Positions 35,671 to 45,764 of a stretch of DNA of 64,000 nucleotides are shown here, one piece after another. The notes beneath the pieces are model-generated. The model saw nothing but the letters and a program-made list of their open reading frames with translations. It made no database searches and was not told the origin of the DNA. Position 1 is the stretch's first letter. The number at the start of each line of letters is the position of its first letter. The DNA lies in the NCBI GenBank assembly GCA_044226545.1, contig JBGAGW010000009.1, positions 24,438 to 88,437 of the forward strand. Reading direction: 5' to 3'. This stretch comes from Limisphaerales bacterium (GTDB lineage Bacteria; Verrucomicrobiota; Verrucomicrobiia; Limisphaerales; SXQI01). Position numbers and translations under genes: made by a program.

Positions 35671-37848
35671 TCACGGCATCGTGATGGTCGCGAGGTTTGA
35701 ATAGGCCGTATTTACGGTCCCATTGTAAGCGCGCACGCGAAAAGAATAGGTGCTCCGGCTGCTGGTTCCGTTCACGACAATACTCGTGCTTCCGGTTGGC
35801 AAAGTCCCGAGTTGGTACCAGGTGCCGGAGGTCGAGTATTCCAATTTAAATCCCTGTTCGTCTGAGGTGCGGTCTGTCCACCGCAATTGAACCTGGGTCG
35901 AGGAGTTCGCGGTCGCAGTCAAGTTCGCCGGAACCGGAGCGGCAGGTTGAACCGCGATGTACGCGGAATCCGGACTCGTGCCGCTCGAATTTGAGGCGCG
36001 CATCGCGTAGTAATAGGAACCTCCGGCAGCAACGCTCTGTGAGTATGTGGTCGATGTGACACCCGTGGCTACGGCCGCCCACGGTCCTGAAGGCGAGGGC
36101 GCGCGATCCACCACGTAGCTGGTTGCGCCTGTGGCGGCCGCCCAATTCACGGTCACCGTTGCATTACCGGCTACCGTTGAAAGTGAAGCGCTGGAGGTTA
36201 CGCCGGTGGGGGCGGATGGAGCTGAAATCAACGGCGTCGCCGAAACTTGAGCGGAGTTCGCACTGCTGCCGCCGCTGTTGCTTGCGGCGACCAGGTAATA
36301 GTAAGTCACACCTGCGGTCACGGCAGTGTCGGTGTAACCGGGCGTCGCCAGGTTGCTCAACGTGGTGTAGGGGCCTCCAGAAACTGTGGCACGCTTCACG
36401 TTGTAAGATGTGGCGTTTGCCACAGCAGCCCATGAAAGAGTGACTTTGCCAATTCCTGCCACGGCTGAGAGGCCGGCCGGCGCGGCGGGTGGCTGTACGA
36501 CGGTCGTTGCGGGAGTGATGATTGTGCTGAGATCGAGGCGTCCTCCGGTGCTGGTTTTTCCAGCCAGGGACGGCGTCGGGGCAACGGCACCGAGAATAGC
36601 CGTGCGAATAGCTTGTGCGCTTGCGCCGGGGTGCGTGGACGCATAAAGCGCCACCGCTCCAGTGACGTGCGGCGTAGCCATCGACGTGCCGGACATGTAA
36701 CCGTAGCTGCTCGTCGGATAGGTCGAAAGAATTTGCACGCCCGGCGCGCCGAGATGGACCTTGCTCGCTCCGTAGTTGGAGAAGCTTGCAAGTGCACCGT
36801 TGCTGTCGATCGCTGCAACCGCGAGTACCGCGTTAAAACTGGCCGCCGCTTCCGTGGCCGTGGCAACGGTCGTATCAATGTTCGAGGGGTAATTGGCGGT
36901 TGTATCGTTATTCAAGCCGCTGTTTCCAGCAGCCGCTACGAAGAGAATACCTGCTTTAGCCGCGCGAATGATCGCCGAGTGCAGCGCTTGCGAATAACCA
37001 CTGCCGCCCCAGGAAGCGCTAAGGGCGACAAGGTTCAGACTGTGGCGCTTCTTCAGATCGATGAAATAATCGATTGCCTCCACCGCATCGAGAGTGCTGC
37101 CGCCGCTGGTGCCCATGAATTTTCCGGAGATGATCGTCACGTTCCAGTTCACACCCGCCACGCCCGCAGCGTTGCCGCCCACGGCTCCGATTGTCCCGGC
37201 GACGTGAGTGCCGTGATCGTCGTTTGCGGCATCGAACACCTGATTATTGTTCGCCAGAAAGTTCCAGCCGTTAACATCGTCAACATAGCCGTTTCCATCG
37301 TTGTCAATGCCATCCGGTGGATCGAAAGGGTTGGACCACATATTCGCTGCGAGATCGGGATGGTTTACCTGGATTCCTTCGTCAATGACGCCGACGTAAA
37401 CGCTTTTGCTTCCGGTGTAGCCGGCCTGCCAGGCTTCCGCGGCCTGGCTGCCGTAGTTATTTGCCGGAGCGGAAAGATTCCCATAGACGCCCCACATATT
37501 CCCGGCGGTGAAGCATGGATCGTTCGAAGTGGCCTGGTGGGTGTAGTGGACGTTTTCTTCGGCGAATTCGACCGCGCGATGTTTGCGAAGTTGTTGCAAC
37601 GTTTCTTCGACCGAACCTTCAGAATCCGCGAGGGTTAAGCCGCTGTGATTGCGTTCTGCCATCGGTGCGGTCAGCAAATGACGCTTGGGCTTGAGGCGCC
37701 CATGATTAACGACGTCGATAATGTCCGAATCCGTGGCGTCGGCCTTGAATTGGACAATGATTTCACCGCCATTCTTGGCGTGAGACGAGAGAACTGTGCA
37801 GAACGCCAGGAAAGCTACAACAGTAGTACGCGTGAGCGCGGGGTACAT
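35671..37848 (-). CDS. Secreted S8 subtilase with fibronectin type III domains
   Basis: VIDEG, HGTHVAG, AAAGN, GTSMATPH; three FN3-like C-terminal repeats. Confidence 0.95.
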   Translation of the reverse strand: MYPALTRTTVVAFLAFCTVLSSHAKNGGEIIVQFKADATDSDIIDVVNHGRLKPKRHLLTAPMAERNHSGLTLADSEGSVEETLQQLRKHRAVEFAEENVHYTHQATSNDPCFTAGNMWGVYGNLSAPANNYGSQAAEAWQAGYTGSKSVYVGVIDEGIQVNHPDLAANMWSNPFDPPDGIDNDGNGYVDDVNGWNFLANNNQVFDAANDDHGTHVAGTIGAVGGNAAGVAGVNWNVTIISGKFMGTSGGSTLDAVEAIDYFIDLKKRHSLNLVALSASWGGSGYSQALHSAIIRAAKAGILFVAAAGNSGLNNDTTANYPSNIDTTVATATEAAASFNAVLAVAAIDSNGALASFSNYGASKVHLGAPGVQILSTYPTSSYGYMSGTSMATPHVTGAVALYASTHPGASAQAIRTAILGAVAPTPSLAGKTSTGGRLDLSTIITPATTVVQPPAAPAGLSAVAGIGKVTLSWAAVANATSYNVKRATVSGGPYTTLSNLATPGYTDTAVTAGVTYYYLVAASNSGGSSANSAQVSATPLISAPSAPTGVTSSASLSTVAGNATVTVNWAAATGATSYVVDRAPSPSGPWAAVATGVTSTTYSQSVAAGGSYYYAMRASNSSGTSPDSAYIAVQPAAPVPANLTATANSSTQVQLRWTDRTSDEQGFKLEYSTSGTWYQLGTLPTGSTSIVVNGTSSRSTYSFRVRAYNGTVNTAYSNLATITMP

Positions 37849-37917
37849 GCGAATATTCAATTTGATTTGTTGCCTCTAACTGCGGGAGCTTGAACCGCGA
37901 ATAAGACGCGAGAAAAG

Positions 37918-37941
37918 TCCATCAGAAAGATGGATTGTCAA
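37918..37941 (-). promoter_or_regulatory. S8 promoter -35 (TTGACA) with adjacent dyad TCCATC-N5-GATGGA
   Basis: Perfect TTGACA on the minus strand at 37936-37941; palindrome 37918-37934 fills the spacer. Confidence 0.5.
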
Positions 37942-37966
37942 GAGGTGCGGGAAAGCCTGACTACAG

Positions 37967-38434
37967 CTAGCGTTTGCCTTGCGCGATGCGCGTTTGGACG
38001 TCTCGATAGACGTTTAAGAAGGTCAAATTGTCATTCACCACTTGCTGAACCACCAGGAGAAGTTTGTCGAGATCGACGCGGTTCACAATGGCGTGAACGC
38101 TTTGGTGGAAGGCTTGCATCGGATTCAGCGTCTCCAGCGTGTCGCTGAAGAGCATAACGGTCGAATGACGACGCAGATTCATTGGCATCGACTGAAGAGT
38201 GGTGAGCGCTTTGTTTTGAGTCCAAGGGACGCCGCCGAAGGAATCTTCCAGGAAAACGATCTCGTACTGGACGCGACCATATCGTTCGAGAAATTCGTCA
38301 TGCGTCGCAGCGCTGTGGACCTTGTAACCCATCTGGTCGAACACGCCTTCGGCGTAGTCGAGCACGTCTTTGCTGCTGACGCCCAGAAGGATCGGACGGT
38401 CGCCCGGGGCTAAGATTTCGAGATCGAGAGGCAT
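37967..38434 (-). CDS. Receiver-like hypothetical protein downstream of pilU
   Basis: Alpha/beta CheY-like pattern; 1 nt from the upstream stop. Confidence 0.75.
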   Translation of the reverse strand: MPLDLEILAPGDRPILLGVSSKDVLDYAEGVFDQMGYKVHSAATHDEFLERYGRVQYEIVFLEDSFGGVPWTQNKALTTLQSMPMNLRRHSTVMLFSDTLETLNPMQAFHQSVHAIVNRVDLDKLLLVVQQVVNDNLTFLNVYRDVQTRIAQGKR

Positions 38435-38435
38435 G

Positions 38436-39638
38436 TTATTTAAGTTTTAGAATTGCGGGAATGGGGATCGCGTCTTTCTTGGCGGCTTCCTCACGACGCA
38501 TTTGTAAGTTCGTGAGAGTAGTGGTGGTTTCACCGCGCTTCTTCTTGATGTTGTCGATACCGCGCGTCGTTGGCCCGCGTTTGCTGCAGTAAAGCATGGC
38601 GCTTTCTTCGGTAATGAGGCCTTGTTCGTAAGCGTCGAGGCAGGCCTGGTCGAACGTGCGCCAACCGAAGGTGTAGTTCGCTTCCGTGATTTCGTAGAAA
38701 GTTTTGCCTTCGCCTTCGCCCATGATGATCGAATCGCGAATACGCAGATTGCTCCCCATGATTTCCAGGAGCGCCTGGCGACCCCCACCGATTTTGGGGG
38801 AGAGACGCTGGCTGACAATCCACCGAATGGTGTCGGCGAGGCGAAGACGGATCTGCTCCTGCTCCTCCTGTTCGAACATACCGAGAATACGATTGATCGT
38901 TTGGCCGGCATCGATCGTGTGCAGGGTGCTGACGACGAGGTGGCCTGTTTCCGCCGCGCTGAGGCCGATTTCGACCGTCTCGCGATCACGCATTTCGCCG
39001 ACCAGAATCACTTTAGGCGCCTGACGCAATGCCGCGCGAAGACCGGAGGCGAAGCTGTCGAAGTCCGTGCCCATTTCTCGCTGGTTGAATGTGGCCCTTT
39101 TTTGGGAGTGCACGAATTCGACCGGGTCCTCGAGGGTGATAATGTGAATCGATTTAGTTTCGTTGATCTGATTAAGCAACGCGGCCAGCGTGGTGGATTT
39201 ACCGGAACCAGTGGCACCCGTGACGAGGATCAATCCGGTCTTCTCTTTTGCCACCTGTTCGAAAACGGGAGGCATTTTCAGATCCGCGAGCGTCGGGATG
39301 CGCGTGTTCAGTTTGCGAAGGACGATGGAGTAGTTGCCGCGTTGCGAGAAGATGTTAACGCGGAAGCGGGCTTTGTTTGGAACGCTGTAAGAGCAGTCGC
39401 ATGAACCGGTCCGAAGCAGGTCTTCGTTTAAACGGCGGCTGCCACCGACAAGATTTAGTGCGATCTGTTCGGTTTGAAATGGGGTGAGCTTTTCGATGTT
39501 TGGCTCAACGTTGACCGGAACAAGTTGTCCGGAGCTTTCGACCTGGAGCGGTTTGTCGACAGTGATGTTAAGATCAGATACGTCGTTGTTCGACTCCAAC
39601 ATCGTACTGAAAATGTAATCGAGTTCTTTGCGCCTCAT
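38436..39638 (-). CDS. pilU: PilT/PilU family retraction ATPase
   Basis: GATGSGKST, TLEDPVEF, ALRQAPKVILVGEMRD, GHLVVSTLH. Confidence 0.9.
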   Translation of the reverse strand: MRRKELDYIFSTMLESNNDVSDLNITVDKPLQVESSGQLVPVNVEPNIEKLTPFQTEQIALNLVGGSRRLNEDLLRTGSCDCSYSVPNKARFRVNIFSQRGNYSIVLRKLNTRIPTLADLKMPPVFEQVAKEKTGLILVTGATGSGKSTTLAALLNQINETKSIHIITLEDPVEFVHSQKRATFNQREMGTDFDSFASGLRAALRQAPKVILVGEMRDRETVEIGLSAAETGHLVVSTLHTIDAGQTINRILGMFEQEEQEQIRLRLADTIRWIVSQRLSPKIGGGRQALLEIMGSNLRIRDSIIMGEGEGKTFYEITEANYTFGWRTFDQACLDAYEQGLITEESAMLYCSKRGPTTRGIDNIKKKRGETTTTLTNLQMRREEAAKKDAIPIPAILKLK

Positions 39639-39679
39639 GCAGTGATGTAATGCGGTTCGGTTGCAGGACAGTCTGAAGA

Positions 39680-39863
39680 AATGACCAGTGACCTACCAAT
39701 GTCCAGACAATGACCAGAGCCCAAATCCCATAGCGCCTCCGTTTTGAGGTGGGGCGCGTCGCTCCGCGCGCGCCGTCCTATAAAAGCCGGGGATTGCGGC
39801 GCGCGCGGAGCGGCGCGCCCTACCGGGAATTCCTTGGTCATTCGGACTTGGAAATTGGTCATT
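39680..39863. repeat. GTAG-type REP doublet (39748-39824) nested in an AATGACC-type inverted repeat
   Basis: 28-bp arms GGTGGGGCGCGTCGCTCCGCGCGCGCCG / CGGCGCGCGCGGAGCGGCGCGCCCTACC (26/28); flanked by AATGACC / GGTCATT units. Confidence 0.85.
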
Positions 39864-39870
39864 GCGAAGC

Positions 39871-40962
39871 TCAATCTTCGTCCTCCGGCGGGTGCGCGAG
39901 GAACGGGCGGAATTTCTTTTTGTCCAGGCATTTGTCGTAGGCCTCTTCAGGTGAAATTCGCTTCATGCGCAGATGCTCCATGATCGCGTCGTCGAGCGGT
40001 TGATTGCCGAGCTTCTTGCCGACTTGGATCATACCGGGGATCTGGTGCGTTTTGCCTTCGCGCACCAGGTTCGCGACAGCCGTGGTGAACACGAGAATTT
40101 CAAGCGCGGCCACGCGGCCTTTCTTATCGATGCGTTTGAAAAGGTTTTGCGCAACGACCCCTTTGAGCGCTTCGGAAAGGGTCGCGCGGATTTTGTTTTG
40201 TTGATCGGCGGGGAAAACGTCGATCACACGGTCGACGGTTTTGGCCGCGCTTTGGGTGTGGAGTGTGCCGAAGACCAGGTGACCGGTGCTCGCCGCTGTG
40301 AGGGCGAGCTCGATTGTTTCCAGGTCGCGCATTTCACCGACCAGAATGATGTCCGGATCTTCACGGAGAGCTCCCTTGAGCGCGGAGCCGAATGATTTCG
40401 TGTGAAGCCCCACCTCTCGATGGTTAACGAGACAGTTTTTACTTTCATGCACGAATTCGATCGGGTCCTCCACGGTGAGAATGTGGTCCTTCCGATTTTT
40501 GTTCGCGTAATCGACCATCGCCGCTAGCGTGGTGCTCTTACCGGAACCGGTCGGACCGGTGACAAGCACGAGGCCCTTGTGCAGCATGGAAAATTTTTTT
40601 AGCACCGGCGGGAGCGGCGCATCGAATCGCTCGAAATCTTCGAAAGAAAGAACCTTGGATGGAATTTGACGGAAAACCGCGGAGCAACCGTTCTTCTGAT
40701 TGAAAAAATTCGCACGGAACCGGGACACACCAGGAATTTCGTAACCGAAATCAACGTCCCCGGTTTCTTCGTAAGTTTTGATCTTGTACTCGGGGGTGAT
40801 TTCGTAGAGCATCGCTTTGAGCGCGTCACTTTCGAGGGCGGGATAGTCAACCCTGTGCAGTTCACCATTGATGCGGAGCATGGGGGGGTTACCGCTGGCA
40901 AGGTGCACGTCCGAGGCTTTTTGCTCGAACATCAAATTAAAGAAGGCGTCGATCTTGGCCAT
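39871..40962 (-). CDS. pilT: Type IV pilus retraction ATPase PilT
   Basis: MAKIDAFF start; GPTGSGKST, EDPIE, ALREDPD, AVANLVRE. Confidence 0.95.
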   Translation of the reverse strand: MAKIDAFFNLMFEQKASDVHLASGNPPMLRINGELHRVDYPALESDALKAMLYEITPEYKIKTYEETGDVDFGYEIPGVSRFRANFFNQKNGCSAVFRQIPSKVLSFEDFERFDAPLPPVLKKFSMLHKGLVLVTGPTGSGKSTTLAAMVDYANKNRKDHILTVEDPIEFVHESKNCLVNHREVGLHTKSFGSALKGALREDPDIILVGEMRDLETIELALTAASTGHLVFGTLHTQSAAKTVDRVIDVFPADQQNKIRATLSEALKGVVAQNLFKRIDKKGRVAALEILVFTTAVANLVREGKTHQIPGMIQVGKKLGNQPLDDAIMEHLRMKRISPEEAYDKCLDKKKFRPFLAHPPEDED

Positions 40963-41293
40963 ACTACAATGAGTTATCGGCGGGCGACGCCGAGAGCTAA
41001 ACTTCGGAGAGCAAAGAGCATGCGAGTGGCAAAAATGCGACACGAAGAGGAGAGGGAAGACTGCAACTTTCATTCGACCTGCAGGAATTCACCTGATTCC
41101 AGGAAGAAACAGATCGACTTAGCCACAGGCCCACCGCGACAAAGATTGCGGACTTTGACCTGGAATTGCGAACCAACGAGTTACAGCGGAAAAACATACC
41201 TTCCATCGCAGAAACTTACGTTGAATGTCAGTTTCTCACGCGACAAAACCGGGCACAATCCTGCCCTTCCCATAGCGGATAAGCGCCGTCCAC

Positions 41294-41590
41294 TCAGCGC
41301 CCTACGGTGCCCAGAATGATCCAGAGAATTACAAGAGACGGAACAATTAGTGCTATCGCTGAACTGACGCGTTCCGTGAGCGATCCACGAAAGAGCGCGG
41401 CCACGAAGGGCACAATTGCCAAAACCGCAAGAGTCGCAGAGACGAGAATCCGAGTGGCGCTCGGCGAGTAGTTTGGGCTGATGATTACACCCGGCAATGC
41501 GTCTGGGACAAAGGCAATCCAGGACAACAGGAGCAGGGTAGCGCAACCACCTATGAGCAGTCTGAAACTCGATACGGGATCTTGCGCCAT
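41294..41590 (-). CDS. Small membrane hypothetical protein (3 TM)
   Basis: Three hydrophobic segments; start uncertain. Confidence 0.5.
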   Translation of the reverse strand: MAQDPVSSFRLLIGGCATLLLLSWIAFVPDALPGVIISPNYSPSATRILVSATLAVLAIVPFVAALFRGSLTERVSSAIALIVPSLVILWIILGTVGR

Positions 41591-41707
41591 GCCGAGCAAA
41601 ATCCTGAACTTCCCTGTAAAAGGCAAGCGGCGCCCCCCGAGCAGGTGTTTTGTCGGGGAGATGAGACCGGGCTTTCCTGCAAAACGAAAACATCCTATAA
41701 CACCGGC

Positions 41708-43009
41708 GTGTCTCCCGAACGAAGCAAACTAAACCGGCGCAGATTTCTGCGAACGAGCGGGGCAGGGGTCGCCGCGGGTTCTTTGGCCTGGAGCGGTTGC
41801 AGGTCGATCAACATGGCGTCGAAGAGCAACTCCCCGAAGACAGTCGCCTTGATCGCGACGGAGGTGCGGCGCCATTCGCACGCGCAGCATTTTATCGATC
41901 GATTTCTCGAAGGGTATGGTTGGGAAGGCCGGTGGCATCATCCGCGGGTGCAATTGGTTTCGCTCTATGTAGATCAATATCCAGAGGGTGATTTGGCTCG
42001 TGATCGCTCGCTTCGCTTTGGTGTTCCGATCTATCCTTCCGTGGAGGAAGCGCTGGGACGCGGCGGGTCAAAGCTGGCGGTCGATGGTGTAGTTGTCATC
42101 GGAGAACATGGGAAATATCCGAAAAATGAAAAAGCGCAGACGCTCTATCCCCGTTACAAATGGTTCAAGCAGATCGTGAAAATGTTCGAAGAGAGCGGAC
42201 GCACCGTTCCCATCTTCAACGATAAACATCTGTCTACAAGTTGGGCCGAGTGCGCCGAGATGGTTGACGATTCCAAACGGCTCCAATTCCCGTTCCTGGC
42301 CGGCTCATCTCTTCCGGTAACAGAACGCATCCCCTCAATCGACCTGCCGTTCAACGCACCATTGCGCGAAAGCCTCTCCATCTGTTACGGAGGTATCGAT
42401 TCTTATGATTTTCATGGGCTCGAAACGGCTCAATGCATGTCGGAACGCCGACGCGGCGGCGAAGTGGGCGTGCGTGCCATTCATGCTTTACGGGGTGAAA
42501 AGATGTGGGATCGGCTGGCCGAGCGGCAAGAGACTTGCAGGCTATTTCTCGCGGCGTTGGCTCGCAGTCACACGGTGCGTGCACCGGAGGGTTACACTGT
42601 TTATCCGCCGTCCCTTGAGCGAGCGCGCGTGGCCAGTCGAGATGCCGTGGGTTACTTCATCGAGCACAGCGATGGCTTTCGCACCACGACGCTCATGTGC
42701 AATGGCCTTGTGCAGGATTTCACTTACGCAGGGCTGGAGGACAGCGGTGAAGTCATCTCGACGCAGATGCATCTGCCGATGCCGATGCAAATCTCTACCA
42801 CCGCCGATTTTTTCAACCCGTTGGTGAACCACATTGAAGCGATGGTCGAAACGGGACGTGCTCCCTACCCGGTTGAACGAACACTCCTGACCTCAGGCAT
42901 GACACTCTTCGCGGTCGAATCGCTCTTCCGCGAACAAGCCGAAGTCTCAACACCCGAACTGGCGGTCCGCTACCGTAGCACAGCAGAATCTCATTTTTGG
43001 CGCTCATGA
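41708..43009 (+). CDS. Tat-exported Gfo/Idh/MocA-like hypothetical oxidoreductase
   Basis: NRRRFLR twin-arginine motif; VDGVVVIGEHG, NDKHLS, AGSSLP, YDFHGLE. Confidence 0.8.
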   Translation: MSPERSKLNRRRFLRTSGAGVAAGSLAWSGCRSINMASKSNSPKTVALIATEVRRHSHAQHFIDRFLEGYGWEGRWHHPRVQLVSLYVDQYPEGDLARDRSLRFGVPIYPSVEEALGRGGSKLAVDGVVVIGEHGKYPKNEKAQTLYPRYKWFKQIVKMFEESGRTVPIFNDKHLSTSWAECAEMVDDSKRLQFPFLAGSSLPVTERIPSIDLPFNAPLRESLSICYGGIDSYDFHGLETAQCMSERRRGGEVGVRAIHALRGEKMWDRLAERQETCRLFLAALARSHTVRAPEGYTVYPPSLERARVASRDAVGYFIEHSDGFRTTTLMCNGLVQDFTYAGLEDSGEVISTQMHLPMPMQISTTADFFNPLVNHIEAMVETGRAPYPVERTLLTSGMTLFAVESLFREQAEVSTPELAVRYRSTAESHFWRS

Positions 43010-44022
43010 ATCGCGTTGCGTTTATCCTCGATCAATTCGAATTACAGTCCCCTGGACAGCAGTTGCTCGACCGTTTTCTGATCGGTTACAAACAAAACGG
43101 CGAATTCCATGCGGCACCGGCCAAAGTCGTCCTCGCGACGCCGAAAGCGGACGAGAATCCGCTAATCCGAGCGCGAATTAAGGAATTTGGATTGGAAGTG
43201 GTCAATCCGCCGGAAGATTCGTTTCGTTCTGTTGAGATGCTGTTCTTGGTGCCGGGGACCAAAAACTTTCAGGAGCCTGATTCCGAAAACTTGCGAAAAA
43301 CCATGGCTGCGCTGATGCCGAAACAGAAAGTGTTTATCGATGGATCGTTCGTGCCGAGCCTCCAAAAAATCGACGGACTGCATGCAACCATCTTTGTTTC
43401 GCGCCCTTCCGCGCATCTCTTCCCGCTTCCGCGCGAACCGTTCTCCCGCCCGGTCACCCCGCACAGTGCTTTGATCGTTGTTCAAGGCGTATTTCCCGAA
43501 GCCGAACTCGATGCCCTCTTTGCTCTCAAACCGTATTTCACCAATTCCTGGACAAGGGCAGCAGCCCCGACAATCCAGCACCTCCGAGAGGACAAGCTTT
43601 GGAACCTGGCTTACTCATCCGATTGGCGACCGCTGCTCGAAGCGGCAATCTCTCGGTCGGACAACATAAAGGGCGATCCGGAAAAAGACGGACGAACCCA
43701 GGACATCGTCGGGCTCCAATTAATCGAAAAACTCGCGGCTAAGGCACGCGGTTGGCTTGTGCAACACGCCGACGGAGTGGAAATCTTCATTTTGGTTTGC
43801 GACGGCGCGCTGACCGATTTCAACATCGCTATCAAAGCGAACAACTCCATCCACTCTGCCCAGCTCTATCACGCGCAATCTCCGATGGAGAATCATTACG
43901 ATGAGATGGCGGCCTGGGTCGTTGATCAATGCGAAAATCCGAATGCGAAGAGCAACCTTCCGGGAGCGGTGTTCATCAGCGAAATAGTTAAAAAGATGAA
44001 ACCGTTCGTTCCAAACGCTTGA
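43006..44022 (+). CDS. Degenerate paralogue of the preceding protein
   Basis: QQLLDRFLIGY vs QHFIDRFLEGY; AAISRS vs AALARS; DGALTDF vs NGLVQDF; ATGA overlap. Confidence 0.75.
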   Translation: MNRVAFILDQFELQSPGQQLLDRFLIGYKQNGEFHAAPAKVVLATPKADENPLIRARIKEFGLEVVNPPEDSFRSVEMLFLVPGTKNFQEPDSENLRKTMAALMPKQKVFIDGSFVPSLQKIDGLHATIFVSRPSAHLFPLPREPFSRPVTPHSALIVVQGVFPEAELDALFALKPYFTNSWTRAAAPTIQHLREDKLWNLAYSSDWRPLLEAAISRSDNIKGDPEKDGRTQDIVGLQLIEKLAAKARGWLVQHADGVEIFILVCDGALTDFNIAIKANNSIHSAQLYHAQSPMENHYDEMAAWVVDQCENPNAKSNLPGAVFISEIVKKMKPFVPNA

Positions 44023-44031
44023 AACAGTCGC

Positions 44032-44060
44032 TTGCGTTTCGGGCGTGTGTGATGCAGATT
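44032..44060 (+). promoter_or_regulatory. Sigma70-like promoter for tRNA-Tyr
   Basis: TTGCGT-N17-CAGATT. Confidence 0.5.
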
Positions 44061-44146
44061 CGCCGCGCTTTCGAACCAGGCGGATGGTGTGATCGCTTTA
44101 AAATATCGCGCGCGCAGTGTAAACTGGAACGAAAATCACGACGGTC

Positions 44147-44232
44147 GGTAGGATACCCAAGCGGCCAACGGGGGCAGACTGTAAATCTGCTGGCTTACGC
44201 CTACGCTGGTTCGAATCCAGCTCCTACCACCA
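44147..44232 (+). tRNA. tRNA-Tyr (GTA)
   Basis: Acceptor GGTAGGA/TCCTACC, anticodon arm GCAGA-CTGTAAA-TCTGC, long variable arm, GGTTCGAATCC, encoded CCA. Confidence 0.98.
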
Positions 44233-44329
44233 CTTTCCAACACCTAAGCTGTCTTCAGCGGTTTTCCTCGTCAGACTGGGCGCGTTTACGGTTTGCGATG
44301 CGAATGCCTTGCTAGCATAATCCGGTCTC

Positions 44330-45640
44330 ATGCGTTCAATAAAAGTTGCGCTTAAGGGATTGAAGGTCTCTGTTCCACCTGCGCGTTGGAAGTTCTTCAG
44401 TTTGGTCTTTTTTTTCGCTGTCCATGTAATTTTACCGGTCGCAGAGGCCCAAAGCGGTCGAGTTGAGCAGGCAAAGATAACCAGCGACGAGCTGACCAAT
44501 AATCTTTTCGGCGATCCCGCAACTCGGTCGCTTAGCGTCTATCTTCCGCCGAGCTATGATGACGGAAGTGAACGCCGCTATCCGGTCGTTTACGTTCTTC
44601 ACGGATATGGCGGCTCTCCCGCAGATATGGTCAGTGTTATCCGTCCGACCCTGGAGTCAATGACTCGGGCGCGTGTCGTTTCGGAAATGATCATGGTTTT
44701 CGTGGATGGCGGGAACCGCCTTGGCGGCTCCTTTTATTTAAACTCGCCCGTCATTGGCGATTACGAATCGTATATCGCCAAAGATCTCGTGGCGTATGTA
44801 GATGGTCGTTATCGCACGCTCGCCCATCGGGAAAGCCGCGGAATCACCGGCTATTCCATGGGAGGTTGGGGCGCCATGCACCTGAGCCTGAAATTTCCGG
44901 AAACGTTTAGTGTGGTTGTTTCCGAAGCGGGTGTTTATGACGCGAACGGCAAGTTACTGGACGGACTGTGTCGCCAACTGGCCAGCGCCCATCCAACAAA
45001 CCTGACGCAGTTTGGCAAACTGGCTTTTCCGGTAAACGCCGCGCAGGCTCTTCTGGCTGGTTTGCTCCCGAATCCCGAGCGGCCTCAACTGTTTACCGAC
45101 AACCTGTACGATTTGGCAGGCGAGCAAACGGTTGCGAATACCATCGCCCAGCAACAGGCTCGAGAGGGTGATGTGCAACATGGCGATTTAGGGCGGTATC
45201 TGAATAAGACCAACGAGTTGAGGGCTATCAAGATCGTGCACGGAGTCGGCGATGCTGTAGTGGGCGTCAGCGAGGCGCGTGCTTTTTCCAACGCTTTGAC
45301 CACGGCCGGAATCGAGATCGAATATCAGGAGCATGCGGGCGGACACGACTACGTTCCGGGCCTGGCGTTGCCTTTTCTTTCGACAAACCTCGTTGGAGCT
45401 GAACTTTATCTATCCCGCCCTAAACTGGCGGTTGCTAACACGCCGGACGGATTGGCTCTGACCTTCCCCACGCAAAAGGGCGTGACCTATTCCGTAGAAA
45501 CTATTTTGAGTTTGTCAGGTAAGAATTTATGGATAGGCACGGGCGAAAGGGCGGGGGACGGTCAACCAGCAAAGATTTCCCTTCCGTTAGATACCAATGG
45601 CGCATTTTTCCGCGTGCGCAGCGCCAATGCTCCAATGTGA
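44330..45640 (+). CDS. Secreted alpha/beta hydrolase (esterase) with C-terminal FFR domain
   Basis: YLPPSY, YPVVYVLHG, GYSMGG, GGHD. Confidence 0.9.
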   Translation: MRSIKVALKGLKVSVPPARWKFFSLVFFFAVHVILPVAEAQSGRVEQAKITSDELTNNLFGDPATRSLSVYLPPSYDDGSERRYPVVYVLHGYGGSPADMVSVIRPTLESMTRARVVSEMIMVFVDGGNRLGGSFYLNSPVIGDYESYIAKDLVAYVDGRYRTLAHRESRGITGYSMGGWGAMHLSLKFPETFSVVVSEAGVYDANGKLLDGLCRQLASAHPTNLTQFGKLAFPVNAAQALLAGLLPNPERPQLFTDNLYDLAGEQTVANTIAQQQAREGDVQHGDLGRYLNKTNELRAIKIVHGVGDAVVGVSEARAFSNALTTAGIEIEYQEHAGGHDYVPGLALPFLSTNLVGAELYLSRPKLAVANTPDGLALTFPTQKGVTYSVETILSLSGKNLWIGTGERAGDGQPAKISLPLDTNGAFFRVRSANAPM

Positions 45641-45764
45641 ACGGAAATAGTAATAGAAGCGCTCCAACTTACTCAAAGTGTTACGATAACAGCAATGCCC
45701 GCCTCGAATCAGGCGTGCCCCTGATTCACGGTTCTTCGCGGCAGAGCAAAATCGACCGCTTGAT

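Noticed and set aside
39635-39931. 98-aa ORF between pilT and pilU
   Set aside because: It is a translation of the REP element and overlaps the pilT 3' end.
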